64,000 bases of DNA, from assembly GCA_964016885.1 (NCBI GenBank), contig OZ024747.1, forward strand, positions 29,140,001-29,204,000. Reading direction: 5' to 3'. The stretch comes from Eledone cirrhosa (Eukaryota). Each line of letters begins with the position of its first letter. Position 1 is the first letter of the stretch. Of the stretch, positions 39,401-51,600 are shown piece by piece. The position numbers were made by a program, and so were the translations under genes. Under the pieces are notes generated by a model. It was given only the letters and a program-made list of their open reading frames with translations. It did not search any database and had not been told where the DNA came from.

Positions 39401-39897
39401 CTCTGGCCTGGCAGTGCTACCGAGGAGCCTTGCCAGTTCGGGATAAACTCTACAGGCATGGAGGTGCCGTCAGCCGGGCATGTCCGAGATGCGCGCAGGG
39501 CGACGAAACCGTCCTGCACGCACTCGTCCAGTGTCCGAAAATTGCTGACTTGTGGGTTTATGTCGAACACCTGCTGTCGCGTTTAGGACGGATCCAGCTA
39601 TCATCTGAGTCTATCGTGAGGATTGCCCCGCCCTCCTCCTTTAGCCGGGAAGGGCAGGCAGTTTTTATCTGTCTGGTGGCCATGGCGAAAGAGATAGTAT
39701 GGTGGACACGTTTGAAAGGGCTGAAGACGAGCACTTACCTCTTCGGTGATGCTCTGATTGACTTTTTCAAATTTCATTTGAAAAGGAAAATCAGAGTAGA
39801 GAAGGAAGTGCTCTCTTCCCAGCATTTTGTTGAAAGATGGGTGAGAGAAGCAAGAATGGCCCGAGTGAATGGGCCGACTCTGAGTATATATCTGTAA
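36478..39897 (+). CDS. LINE ORF2 copy 1: APE endonuclease, RT, C-terminal CCHC
   Basis: SINARG, SET, GDWN, YLDR, TDH, GYWKLN, KSPGLDG, FRPITLLN, DQSKAFDRV, QGCPLS, AYADD, CPRC..ETVLHALVQC; 1139 aa. Confidence 0.95.
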   Translation: MTSLRIGSINARGLGSSWKQGHLLNDLRSLNIDVVAISETRISEARAFAPIFGGYDVYASPSRPGSGGGVAVLFRRGLDLAIRAIFLDPEGKLVVVDVTSGDGQAFRLVAVYAPTGAGRPDFFRRLETFLGTSRSLVLVGDWNGILDARWDCVGLADRGGGCKSLTNLLRRFELSDRYRLDFPNVPMWTWTNRVGSSRSYLDRVFCREIDRSSIGCPQFKIVSYTDHKFVTCLLDLDRLHRRGPGYWKLNASLPARKAYRDRISELVKRALTGAIVNNKWWFALKRAIRIESIRFSKALAIEKNRAEGELVRKLDEALSKGIATDVLAAKLALDQFFNAKHEGCVVRARVRALRHEGTKAVQWARVAEARRGNKATIRSLVDPDGRMLLDPGQMCEAFQRHFAQLFGGSGGPGRGMDFSVYLDGLPRLSATEAKCCEKPITAAEVREAMTGCTRGKSPGLDGLPYELYVQMPDLFGGLLADVYCNWQQNGRIPSSVSRGAVALLRKDPNKGDNIENFRPITLLNTEFKILAKVLAKRLALVVGGLVGEAQTCAIPDRSIHDNLHLMRYIVERVAREPGTGGSLINLDQSKAFDRVDHRYLAAVLRAAGFGPVFRGWIAAMHSDICSVVRVNGHLSEPFNIMRSVRQGCPLSSLLYVLTLEPLLHKLETLRGVPRELGCGRSVSAYADDVTVVVSNAKHIEAIGTTLREYEAVTGAMINQEKSVGLQLGTWRGRSMPSNSVVGRWTDGPVKLLGVWFGPDLQTDKNWDEVTSRVASLTQKWAERKLSLKGRAEVANAYIASVICYRLTVVPCPKPRLTVLERLLFRFLWKGRAPMVRRSICCQHPLRGGLGMPWLMMRRHALRLRHLHLFLDGDQVWSPFARRVFPQLVSLTELQSWVKRRPRGSAWRLECLQALTALDQSGNVIGGNSTSAYYRGLVEGKSDDVLGETLGVDENQLANLFGRTFGPGPMDNFQKSLAWQCYRGALPVRDKLYRHGGAVSRACPRCAQGDETVLHALVQCPKIADLWVYVEHLLSRLGRIQLSSESIVRIAPPSSFSREGQAVFICLVAMAKEIVWWTRLKGLKTSTYLFGDALIDFFKFHLKRKIRVEKEVLSSQHFVERWVREARMARVNGPTLSIYL

Positions 39898-40158
39898 ACT
39901 AAAGGTGGAAAACTGGGAGAGGGCACTTGCCTTGGTGGTCAGGGTCATTGTGGCTTTTTACTGGGCTTTCTCCACAAATGTCCCTCCGAAGTCTCCCCCC
40001 TATTGGGGAATTTTTCATTGTTATTTTCATTGTTATTTTTGTTACATCCTCTGTTTTTGTTTTTTTTACACGCAGAAATGCCCATTTGTACCGTCCTGCA
40101 TTGTCCTGCACTGTCCTTAATGTCTACTTTATGTAAACCCTTGTGGTTAATAAAGAAA

Positions 40159-40190
<32 letters not shown>

Positions 40191-40405
40191 GAATGCCATG
40201 GTTGACGGAGGCTCGGCTCTGTAAGGTATAGTAATTTTTAACCGTTAAAACAATTGTAAATTGTTTAAAACTTGAACCAAATTGTTGATAAAGACACCCT
40301 CCTCCTCGTGAGAGGGGTCTTTCTGTCCGTTATTTGGCCCTTCGGGGTTAAATAACCAGTTATTGGGGTTTTGTACCCAAAATTTCATTTTAAACAAAAA
40401 ACAAC

Positions 40406-42502
40406 ATGGCTACGAAAAAGAAATTTCATACGTCACTCCCACTCATTCCGTCTTCTTCTTCCTCAATCATCACTACAGCAGAGAGAAGATTGTCTCTCTC
40501 CCTCCCTTCTTTAAATGTGTCTCTCTCCCTCCCTTCTCTTTCGCAAGTGACGAAAGAAAAGAAAAGTCTCGTGCAAAGCGTGCAAGGTTTCTCCACGACG
40601 ACGACGACAGCGACGAAACAGGTGTGCGGGAAATACGAAAACCCAGTTCATTCGTCTGACGTCAGGAATAATAGCAGTAGCAGCCGTAATAACAACAGCA
40701 ACAGTGACAATGAAAACAACAGTAGGAGCCGCAACAGCATCACCAGCAGCATAAACAACAACAGCATTAGCAGCAGCAACACCAACAACAACCACAGCAA
40801 CAGCGGCGGAGGCAGTAGTCGTAGTACCTGCAGCAACAACAAAAGTACCAGCAGCTCTGACGACAACAACAACAGCAGAGAAAAACCAATCTCATTTGCA
40901 GGTATTGCGAAAAACTTGGAAACAATCCTCATAACAAATGAGGAATTAGAGGAAGCGAAGAAGATGGTGACAAAGAACGGACACCGAGCAATCTGCAAGG
41001 CAGCGAAAAATTTTTTCGAAACCCAAGAGCACTGTACGGTCACGTACCGTACAGTAAGTACAAAATCCCGTAGGGTGGAAAGAGCCACAGAGGCCCAAAT
41101 ACAAAAAGCCTTGGGGTCTGTGTGGCAGCGGAAAACGCACATCACCCGAGGCAAAAAATATGCCACCGTAGACGTACTTTTTGCCACACCCCAGGAGGCA
41201 AAGGCCCAATCAGTAGTGACCCTAAGGAGCGAGGAAATGGTGTTGGTGCCCTCCTACTGTGGGCAAAAAATTGTGAGGGTCAAACTGACCCACGTCCCCC
41301 CCGGAATGACCCCTTCTTGGCTGGCCGCGTCTGTCCTCGTCGGAATCGAGGACAAAACAACTGTACTGCAAGTACAGAAAAAAGTAAGAGAAGATTGGGT
41401 CGGCTCCTCCATTGAGATGCTAATCCAAACCAACCAGGAGTGCATCGAAGCTATCCCGGATGTGATAGACTTCGATAACGGCACTCAACTGCCCATAAGT
41501 GTTGAGGGCAAACGCCCGAAATGCTTTCGCTGTGGATCGAAGACCCACCTCAGGGCCTTCTGCAACGAGAAGACCCTGAGAAAGGAGAAAACCCACCTCC
41601 TTCCGAATCCGGCTCCACGGCTACCAGCAACAGGACAAGCGGCAACCAGGAACGATAGGCCCGTGGCACCCATACCCACTCCACGGAAATCAAAAACAGC
41701 AGCAGCAGTGGAAATACTAACAACAACAACAGCAATACCAAATGCAGCTGCAACAGAGACTCCAGTGCAAACATCACCAACAACAACAAGTGAAAGAGTG
41801 GAGTTGGTACCCCTCCCCGACCTCACAGAATCAGACATGGATTGTGAGGTGGGAGAGAGATGGCAAAAGGTCGTAAGAAGACACAAACGCAGAAGCAGCG
41901 CATCGTCGCCTTTGAAAAGGGAGGAAAGAAATGAGAAAAGGGTAAAGTCTACTGCAAAGAGACCCACAGCAGCAACAACACCAACACCATCACCACCCAC
42001 ACTAGCGCCACCATCACCACCGGCGACAACGCCACCGCCAACAACACCTTCAACACCACCACCACAAGCACCAACATCGCAAACACAACAACAAAACACA
42101 CACACCCAGCAACAACGACAAGAAAATAGCAGAACCACACCCCACCCCCAGAAAAACAAATGCACGGCAATAAACACACACAACAAGAAACTAATGACTT
42201 ACATAATTGAACACACAGACATTTCACAACAGGACTACATAATACCAGCACCAATCAAAACGCCAACTAACATAAGACTGCTAAAAATAGCACAGAAACA
42301 ATACACAAACATTAAAACGAAATTCCCCAACGCAGTTGGTGATTTCAGGGACCTAGGAGGAACCATCAATCGAAGAGTATATTCAGACATTCTCTTAGAA
42401 GAGCCGACGACCAGCCGAAGGGACGATTCAACGGTCCCTTCACCAGACGATCAAGTGAAAAGGGATGTAAAAACCATCCCTCCTCTACCAAAAGTACGGT
42501 AA
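40406..42502 (+). CDS. LINE ORF1 copy 2: gag-like nucleic-acid-binding protein
   Basis: 698 aa; single CCHC knuckle CFRCGSKTHLRAFC; Ser/Asn-rich N-terminal and Pro/Thr-rich C-terminal tracts. Confidence 0.9.
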   Translation: MATKKKFHTSLPLIPSSSSSIITTAERRLSLSLPSLNVSLSLPSLSQVTKEKKSLVQSVQGFSTTTTTATKQVCGKYENPVHSSDVRNNSSSSRNNNSNSDNENNSRSRNSITSSINNNSISSSNTNNNHSNSGGGSSRSTCSNNKSTSSSDDNNNSREKPISFAGIAKNLETILITNEELEEAKKMVTKNGHRAICKAAKNFFETQEHCTVTYRTVSTKSRRVERATEAQIQKALGSVWQRKTHITRGKKYATVDVLFATPQEAKAQSVVTLRSEEMVLVPSYCGQKIVRVKLTHVPPGMTPSWLAASVLVGIEDKTTVLQVQKKVREDWVGSSIEMLIQTNQECIEAIPDVIDFDNGTQLPISVEGKRPKCFRCGSKTHLRAFCNEKTLRKEKTHLLPNPAPRLPATGQAATRNDRPVAPIPTPRKSKTAAAVEILTTTTAIPNAAATETPVQTSPTTTSERVELVPLPDLTESDMDCEVGERWQKVVRRHKRRSSASSPLKREERNEKRVKSTAKRPTAATTPTPSPPTLAPPSPPATTPPPTTPSTPPPQAPTSQTQQQNTHTQQQRQENSRTTPHPQKNKCTAINTHNKKLMTYIIEHTDISQQDYIIPAPIKTPTNIRLLKIAQKQYTNIKTKFPNAVGDFRDLGGTINRRVYSDILLEEPTTSRRDDSTVPSPDDQVKRDVKTIPPLPKVR

Positions 42503-42537
42503 GTGGTCTTTCCCATCTTTTCCACTCTATTTTAAAC

Positions 42538-45500
42538 ATGACCTCACTCAGAATAGGCAGCATAAATGCGCGTGGCTTGGGGTCGTCATGGAAGCAGGGT
42601 CACCTGCTCAACGACCTCAGGTCACTAAACATAGATGTAGTGGCCATCAGCGAGACCAGAATCTCCGAAGCACGGGCCTTCGCACCGATCTTCGGCGGCT
42701 ACGATGTGTACGCATCTCCCAGCCGTCCTGGATCGGGTGGAGGAGTTGCTGTGCTTTTTCGGAGAGGTTTGGATCTCGCCATACGGGCCATCTTCCTGGA
42801 CCCAGAGGGTAAGCTGGTGGTGCTGGACGTGACCAGCGGAGACGGGCAAGCTTTCAGGCTAGTGGCCGTCTATGCCCCGACAGGAGCAGGGCGGCCTGAT
42901 TTCTTCCGGCGTCTGGAGACCTTTCTTGGAACGTCCCGCTCTTTAGTGTTAGTGGGCGACTGGAACGGGATCTTAGATGCACGCTGGGACTGTGTGGGAT
43001 TAGCGGATAGGGGTGGAGGGTGCAAGAGCCTCACCAACCTGCTCAGGCGTTTTGAACTGTCTGACAGGTACCGAATGGATTTCCCGAATGTGCCAATGTG
43101 GACTTGGACAAACCGCATAGGGTCATCCAGATCATATCTAGATAGAGTATTTTGTAGGGAAATAGATAGGTCTAGCATAGGCTGTCCACAATTCAAGATA
43201 GTCAGCTACACGGACCACAAATTCGTGACCTGTGTGCTTGACTTAGATAGGCTTCATAGACGAGGACCCGGCTACTGGAAGCTAAACGCGTCCTTACCAG
43301 CGCGCAAGGCCTACAGAGACCGGATTAGCGAACTAGTTAAGCGGGCGTTGACGGGGGCCATCGTCAACAACAAGTGGTGGTTTGCTCTGAAAAGAGCGAT
43401 TAGAATAGAATCGATTAGATTTAGTAAGGCTTTAGCAATAGAGAAAAATAGAGCAGAGGGAGAACTAGTTAGAAAATTAGACGAGGCGCTTAGCAAAGGC
43501 ATTGCGACCGACGTGCTTGCGGCGAAATTGGCCCTTGACCAATTCTTCAATGCAAAGCACGAAGGCTGCGTTGTCAGAGCAAGGGTGCGTGCTCTCAGAC
43601 ACGAGGGGACGAAAGCCGTTCAATGGGCCCGAGTGGCGGAGGCGCGTCGTGGCAACAAAGCCACGATCCGGTCTTTGGTGGACCACGACGGGCGCATGCT
43701 ACTCGATCCCGGGCAAATGTGTGAAGCTTTTCAGCGACACTTCGCTCAGCTGTTCGGGGGCAGCGGGGGGCCGGGTAGAGGGATGGACTTTAGTGTCTAC
43801 CTCGACGGACTGCCGCGGCTCTCGGCCACTGAGGCGAAGTGTTGCGAAAAGCCGATAACAGCCGCTGAAGTAAGGGAGGCAATGACTGGCTGCACAAGGG
43901 GTAAATCGCCTGGTTTGGATGGTCTGCCCTATGAACTTTACGTACAGATGCCAGACTTGTTCGGAGGCCTCTTGGCGGACGTCTACTGCAACTGGCAACA
44001 GAACGGGAGAATTCCCAGTTCTGTGAGCCGAGGAGCGGTGGCACTGCTGAGAAAGGATCCGAACAAGGGGGATAACATAGACAATTTCCGGCCCATAACT
44101 CTGCTAAACACAGAGTTTAAGATTTTGGCCAAGGTGCTAGCAAAGAGGTTGGCGCTTGTCGTTGGTTGTCTGGTGGGAGAGGCGCAGACATGCGCCATTC
44201 CCGACAGATCCATCCACGACAACCTCCACCTCATGCGATACATCGTAGAGAGGGTAGCTAGGGAACCTGGCACGGGTGGGTCCTTGATCAATTTAGATCA
44301 GTCGAAAGCTTTCGATAGGGTCGACCATCGTTACCTAGCGGCAGTCCTGAGGGCGGCTGGCTTTGGGCCCGTCTTCAGAGGCTGGATCGCTGCCATGCAC
44401 AGCGACATCTGCTCTGTGGTGAGAGTGAACGGTCACCTTTCGGAACCGTTCAACATCATGCGCTCGGTCCGCCAAGGATGTCCCCTCTCGTCCCTCTTGT
44501 ACGTATTGACTCTCGAGCCATTACTGCACAAACTGGAGACGTTGAGGGGAGTCCCGCGCGAACTAGGATGCGGAAGATCCGTGTCAGCATATGCGGACGA
44601 TGTCACCGTAGTGGTGTCGAACGCCAAACACATCGAGGCGATCGGCACTACACTAAGAGAATACGAAGCGGTGACAGGAGCAATGATCAACCAGGAAAAG
44701 TCAGTGGGCCTGCAGCTCGGCACCTGGAGAGGCAGGTCCATGCCGTCCAACAGCGTCGTCGGGCGCTGGACGGACGGACCGGTTAAATTGCTAGGGGTCT
44801 GGTTCGGTCCGGACCTCCAGACGGACAAAAACTGGGACGAGGTGACGAGCAGGGTGGCTTCTCTCACCCAGAAATGGGCGGAGAGGAAGCTATCCCTGAA
44901 AGGTCGAGCGGAGGTGGCTAACGCGTACATCGCGTCTGTCATCTGCTACCGCCTAACCGTCGTACCTTGTCCTAAGCCTCGCCTGACTGCGCTGGAGCGT
45001 TTGCTCTTTCGCTTTTTGTGGAAGGGACGTGCTCCGATGGTCAGGCGGTCCATCTGTTGTCAACACCCGCTACGTGGAGGGCTGGGCATGCCGTGGCTGA
45101 TGATGCGCAGGCACGCGCTCAGGCTACGACATCTCCACCTCTTCCTCGACGGTGATCAGGTGTGGTCGCCGTTTGCTAGACGCGTTTTTCCCCAGCTCGT
45201 TTCCTTGACGGAGCTGCAGTCCTGGGTCAAGCGAAGACCGAGAGGGAGCGCCTGGAGACTGGAATGTCTTCAGGCGCTCACAGCCCTCGACCAATCGGGC
45301 AATGTGATCGGTGGAAACTCCACCTCGGCGTTCTATAGAGGATTAGTGGAGGGGAAGAGCGACGACGTACTTGGGGAAACTCTAGGCGTCGACGAAAATC
45401 AACTAGCCAATCTCTTCGGAAGAACTTTCGGGCCAGGGCCTATGGACAACTTCCAGAAATCTCTGGCCTGGCAGTGCTACCGAGGAGCCTTGCCAGTTCG

Positions 45501-45957
45501 GGATAAACTCTACAGGCATGGAGGTGCCGTCAGCCGGGCATGTCCGAGATGCGCGCAGGGCGACGAAACCGTCCTGCACGTACTCGTCCAGTGTCCGAAA
45601 ATTGCTGACTTGTGGGTTTATGTCGAACACCTGCTGTCGCGTTTAGGACGGATCCAGCTATAATCTGAGTCCATCGTGAGGATTGCCCCGCCCTCCTCCT
45701 TTAGCCGGGAAGGGCAGGCAGTTTTTATCTGTCTGGTGGCCATGGCGAAAGAGATAGTATGGTGGACACGTTTGAAAGGGCTGAAGACGAGCACTTACCT
45801 CTTCGGTGATGCTCTGATTGACTTTTTCAAATTTCATTTGAAAAGGAAAATCAGAGTAGAGAGGGAAGTGCTCTCTTCCCAGCATTTTGTTGAAAGATGG
45901 GTGAGAGAAGCAAGAATGGCCCGAGTGAATGGGCCTACTCTGAGCATATATCTGTAA
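42538..45957 (+). pseudogene. LINE ORF2 copy 2 with premature stop
   Basis: TCA>TAA at 45661-45663 removes the last 98 aa. Confidence 0.88.
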
Positions 45958-46217
45958 ATTAAAGGTGGAAAACTGGGAGAGGGCACTTGCCTTGGTGGTC
46001 AGGGTCATTGTGGCTTTTAACTGGGCTTTCTCCACAAATGTCCCTCCAAAGTCTCCCCCCCTATTGGGGAATTTTTCATTGTTATTTTCATTGTTATTTT
46101 TGTTACATCCTCTGTTTTTGTTTTTTACACGCAGAAATGCCCATTTGTACCGTCCTGCATTGTCCAGCACTGTCCTTAATGTCTACTTTATGTAAACCCT
46201 TGTGGTTAATAAAGAAA

Positions 46218-46252
<35 letters not shown>

Positions 46253-46465
46253 GAATGCCATGGTTGACGGAGGCTCGGCTCTGTAAGGTATAGTAATTTT
46301 TAACCGTTAAAACAATTGTAAATTGTTTAAAACTTGAACCAAATTGTTGATAAAGACACCCTCCTCCTCGTGAGAGGGGTCTTTCTGTCCGTTATTTGGC
46401 CCTACGGGGTTAAATAACCAGTTATTGGGGTTTTGTACCCAAAATTTCATTTTAAACAAAAAAAC

Positions 46466-48568
46466 ATGGCTACGAAAAAGAAATTTCATACGTCACTCCC
46501 ACTCATTCCGTCTTCTTCTTCCTCAATCATCACTACAGCAGAGAGAAGATTGTCTCTCTCCCTCCCTTCTTTAAATGTGTCTCTCTCCCTCCCTTCTCTT
46601 TCGCAAGCGACGAAAGAAAAGAAAAGTCTCGTGCAAAGCGTGCAAGGTTTCTCCACGACGACGACGACAGCGACGAAACAGGTGTGCGGGAAATACGAAA
46701 ACCCAGTTCATTCGTCTGACGTCAGGAATAATAGCAGTAGCAGCCGTAATAACAACAGCAACAGTGACAATGAAAACAACAGTAGCAGCCGCAACAGCAT
46801 CACCAGCAGCATAAACAACAACAGCATTAGCAGCAGCAACACCAACAACAACCACAGCAACAGCGGCGGAGGCAGTAGTCGTAGTACCTGCAGCAACAAC
46901 AAAAGTACCAGCAGCTCTGACGACAACAACAACAGCAGAGAAAAAAAAAAACCAATCTCATTTGCAGGTATTGCGAAAAACTTGGAAACAATCCTCATAA
47001 CAAATGAGGAATTAGAGGAAGCGAAGAAGATGGTGACAAAGAACGGACACCGAGCAATCTGCAAGGCAGCGAAAAATTTTTTCGAAACCCAAGAGCACTG
47101 TACGGTCACGTACCGTACAGTAAGTACAAAATCCCGTAGGGTGGAAAGAGCCACAGAGGCCCAAATACAAAAAGCCTTGGGGTCTGTGTGGCAGAGGAAA
47201 ACGCACATCACCCGAGGCAAAAAATACGCCACCGTAGACGTACTTTTTGCCACACCCCAGGAGGCAAAGGCCCAATCAGTAGTGACCCTAAGGAGCGAGG
47301 AAATGGTGTTGGTGCCCTCCTACTGCGGGCAAAAAATTGTGAGGGTCAAACTGACCCACGTCCCCCCCGGAATGACCCCTTCTTGGCTGGCCGCGTCTGT
47401 CCTCGTCGGAATCGAGGACAAAACAACTGTACTGCAAGTACAGAAAAAAGTAAGAGAAGATTGGGTCGGCTCCTCCATTGAGATGCTAATCCAAACCAAC
47501 CAGGAGTGCATCGAAGCTATCCCGGATGTGATAGACTTCGATAACGGCACTCAACTGCCCATAAGTGTTGAGGGCAAACGCCCGAAATGCTTTCGCTGTG
47601 GATCGAAGACCCACCTCAGGGCCTTCTGCAACGAGAAGACCCTGAGAAAGGAGAAAACCCCCCTCCTTCCGAATCCGGCTCCACGGCTACCAGCAACAGG
47701 ACAAGCGGCAACCAGGAACGATAGGTCCGTGGCACCCATACCCACTCCACGGAAATCAAAGACAGCAGCAGCAGTGGAAATATTAACAACAACAACAGCA
47801 ATACCAAATGCAGCTGCAACAGAGACTCCAGTGCAAACATCACCAACAACAACAAGTGAAAGAGTGGAGCTGGTACCCCTCCCCGACCTTACAGAATCAG
47901 ACATGGAGTGTGAGGTGGGAGAGGGATGGCAAAAGGTCGCAAGAAGGCACAAACGCAGAAGCAGCGCATCGTCGCCTTTGAAAAGGGAGGAAAGAAATGA
48001 GAAAAGGGTAAAGTCTACTGCAAAGAGACCCACAGCAGCAACACCACCAACACCATCACCACCCACACCAGCACCACCATCACCACCGGCGACAACCCCA
48101 CCGCCAACAACACCTTCAACACCACCACCACAAGCACCAACATCGCAAACACAACAACAAAACACACACACCCAGCAACAACGACAAGAAAATAGCAGAA
48201 CCACACCCCACCCCCAGAAAAACAAATGCACGGCAATAAACACACACAACAAGAAACTAATGACTTACATAATTGAACACACAGACATTTCACAACAGGA
48301 CTACATAATACCAGCACCAATCAAAACGCCAACTAACATAAGACTGCTAAAAATAGCACAGAAACAATACACAAACATTAAAACGAAATTCCCCAACGCA
48401 GTTGGTGATTTCAGGGACCTAGGAGGAACCATCAATCGAAGAGTATATTCAGACATTCTCTTAGAAGAGCCGACGACCAGCCGAAGGGACGATTCAACGG
48501 TCCCTTCACCAGACGATCAAGTGAAAAGGGATGTAAAAACCATCCCTCCTCTACCAAAAGTACGGTAA
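46466..48568 (+). CDS. LINE ORF1 copy 3
   Basis: Intact; ATG of MATKKK at 46466 (track start is an upstream TTG); in-frame KK insertion. Confidence 0.9.
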   Translation: MATKKKFHTSLPLIPSSSSSIITTAERRLSLSLPSLNVSLSLPSLSQATKEKKSLVQSVQGFSTTTTTATKQVCGKYENPVHSSDVRNNSSSSRNNNSNSDNENNSSSRNSITSSINNNSISSSNTNNNHSNSGGGSSRSTCSNNKSTSSSDDNNNSREKKKPISFAGIAKNLETILITNEELEEAKKMVTKNGHRAICKAAKNFFETQEHCTVTYRTVSTKSRRVERATEAQIQKALGSVWQRKTHITRGKKYATVDVLFATPQEAKAQSVVTLRSEEMVLVPSYCGQKIVRVKLTHVPPGMTPSWLAASVLVGIEDKTTVLQVQKKVREDWVGSSIEMLIQTNQECIEAIPDVIDFDNGTQLPISVEGKRPKCFRCGSKTHLRAFCNEKTLRKEKTPLLPNPAPRLPATGQAATRNDRSVAPIPTPRKSKTAAAVEILTTTTAIPNAAATETPVQTSPTTTSERVELVPLPDLTESDMECEVGEGWQKVARRHKRRSSASSPLKREERNEKRVKSTAKRPTAATPPTPSPPTPAPPSPPATTPPPTTPSTPPPQAPTSQTQQQNTHTQQQRQENSRTTPHPQKNKCTAINTHNKKLMTYIIEHTDISQQDYIIPAPIKTPTNIRLLKIAQKQYTNIKTKFPNAVGDFRDLGGTINRRVYSDILLEEPTTSRRDDSTVPSPDDQVKRDVKTIPPLPKVR

Positions 48569-48603
48569 GTGGTCTTTCCCATCTTTTCCACTCTATTTTA
48601 AAC

Positions 48604-51600
48604 ATGACCTCACTCAGAATAGGCAGCATAAATGCGCGTGGCTTGGGGTCGTCATGGAAGCAGGGTCACCTGCTCAACGACCTCAGGTCACTAAACATAG
48701 ATGTAGTGGCCATCAGCGAGACCAGAATCTCCGAAGCACGGGCCTTCGCACCGATCTTCGGCGGCTACGATGTGTACGCATCTCCCAGCCGTCCTGGATC
48801 GGGTGGAGGAGTTGCTGTGCTTTTTCGGAGAGGTTTGGATCTCGCCATACGGGCCATCTTCCTGGACCCAGAGGGTAAGCTGGTGGTGCTGGACGTGACC
48901 AGCGGAGACGGGCAAGCTTTCAGGCTAGTGGCCGTCTATGCCCCGACAGGAGCAGGGCGGCCTGATTTCTTCCGGCGTCTGGAGACCTTTCTTGGAACGT
49001 CGCGCTCTTTAGTGTTAGTGGGCGACTGGAACGGGATCTTAGATGCACGCTGGGACTGTGTGGGATTAGCGGATAGGGGTGGAGGGTGCAAGAGCCTCAC
49101 CAACCTGCTCAGGCGTTTTGAATTGTCTGACAGGTACCGATTGGATTTCCCGAATGTGCCAATGTGGACTTGGACAAACCGCATAGGGTCATCCAGATCA
49201 TATCTAGATAGAGTATTTTGTAGGGAAATAGATAGGTCTAGCATAGGCTGTCCACAATTCAAGATAGTCAGCTACACGGACCACAAATTCGTGATCTGTG
49301 TGCTTGACTTAGATAGGCTTCATAGACGAGGACCCGGCTACTGGAAGCTAAACGCGTCCTTACCAGCGCGCAAGGCCTACAGAGACCGGATTAGCGAACT
49401 AGTTAAGCGGGCGTTGACGGGGGCCATCGTCAACAACAAGTGGTGGTTTGCTCTGAAAAGAGCGATTAGAATAGAATCGATTAGGTTTAGTAAGGCTTTA
49501 GCAATAGAGAAAAATAGAGCAGAGGGAGAACTAGTTAGAAAATTAGACGAGGCGCTTAGCAAAGGCATTGCGACCGACGTGCTTGCGGCGAAATTGGCCC
49601 TTGACCAATTCTTCAATGCAAAGCACGAAGGCTGCGTTGTCAGAGCTAGGGTGCGTGCTCTCAGACACGAGGGGACGAAAGCCGTTCAATGGGCCCGAGT
49701 GGCGGAGGCGCGTCGTGGCAACAAAGCCACGATCCGGTCTTTGGTGGACCAGGACGGGCGCATGCTACTCGATCCCGGGCAAATGTGTGAAGCTTTTCAG
49801 CGACACTTCGCTCAGCTGTTCGGGGGCAGCGGGGGGCCGGGTAGAGGGATGGACTTTAGTGTCTACCTCGACGGGCTGCCGCGGCTCTCGGCCACTGAGG
49901 CGAGGTGTTGCGAAAAGCCGATAACAGCCGCTGAAGTACGGGAGGCAATGACTGGCTGCACAAGGGGTAAATCGCCTGGTTTGGATGGTCTGCCCTATGA
50001 ACTTTACGTACAGATGCCAGACTTGTTCGGAGGCCTCTTGGCGGACGTCTACTGCAACTGGCAACAGAACGGGAGAATTCCCAGTTCTGTGAGCCGAGGA
50101 GCGGTGGCACTGCTGAGAAAGGATCCGAACAAGGGGGATAACATAGACAATTTCCGGCCCATAACTCTGCTAAACACAGAGTTTAAGATTTTGGCCAAGG
50201 TGCTAGCAAAGAGGTTGGCGCTTGTCGTTGGTGGTCTGGTGGGAGAGGCGCAGACATGCGCCATTCCCGACAGATCCATCCACGACAACCTCCACCTCAT
50301 GCGATACATCGTAGAGAGGGTAGCTAGGGAACCTGGCACGGGTGGGTCCTTGATCAATTTAGATCAGTCGAAAGCTTTCGATAGGGTCGACCATCGTTAC
50401 CTAGCGGCAGTCCTGAGGGCGGCTGGCTTTGGGCCCGTCTTCAGAGGCTGGATCGCTGCCATGCACAGCGACATCTGCTCTGTGGTGAGAGTGAACGGTC
50501 ACCTGTCGGAACCGTTCAACATCATGCGCTCGGTCCGCCAAGGATGTCCCCTCTCGTCCCTCTTGTACGTATTGACTCTCGAGCCATTACTGCACAAACT
50601 GGAGACGTTGAGGGGAGTCCCGCGCGAACTAGGATGCGGAAGATCCGTGTCAGCATATGCGGACGATGTCACCGTAGTGGTGTCGAACGCCAAACACATC
50701 GAGGCGATCGGCACTACACTAAGAGAATACGAAGCGGTGACAGGAGCAATGATCAACCAGGAAAAGTCAGTGGGCCTGCAGCTCGGCACCTGGAGAGGCA
50801 GGTCCATGCCGTCCAACAGCGTCGTCGGGCGCTGGACGGACGGACCGGTTAAATTGCTAGGGGTCTGGTTCGGTCCGGACCTCCAGACGGACAAAAACTG
50901 GGACGAGGTGACGAGCAGGGTGGCTTCTCTCACCCAGAAATGGGCGGAGAGGAAGCTATCCCTGAAAGGTCGAGCGGAGGTGGCTAACGCGTACATCGCG
51001 TCTGTCATCTGCTACCGCCTAACCGTCGTACCTTGTCCTAAGCCTCGCCTGACTGCGCTGGAGCGTTTGCTCTTTCGCTTTTTGTGGAAGGGACGTGCTC
51101 CGATGGTCAGGCGGTCCATCTGTTGTCAACACCCGCTACGTGGAGGGCTGGGCATGCCGTGGCTGATGATGCGCAGGCACGCGCTCAGGCTACGACATCT
51201 CCACCTCTTCCTCGACGGTGATCAGGTGTGGTCGCCGTTTGCTAGACGCGTTTTTCCCCAGCTCGTTTCCTTGACGGAGCTGCAGTCCTGGGTCAAGCGA
51301 AGACCGAGAGGGAGCGCCTGGAGACTGGAATGTCTTCAGGCGCTCACAGCCCTCGACCAATCGGGCAATGTGATCGGTGGAAACTCCACCTCGGCGTTCT
51401 ATAGAGGATTAGTGGAGGGGAAGAGCGACGACGTACTTGGGGAAACTCTAGGCGTCGACGAAAATCAACTAGCCAATCTCTTCGGAAGAACTTTCGGGCC
51501 AGGGCCTATGGACAACTTCCAGAAATCTCTGGCCTGGCAGTGCTACCGAGGAGCCTTGCCAGTTCGGGATAAACTCTACAGGCATGGAGGTGCCGTCAGC

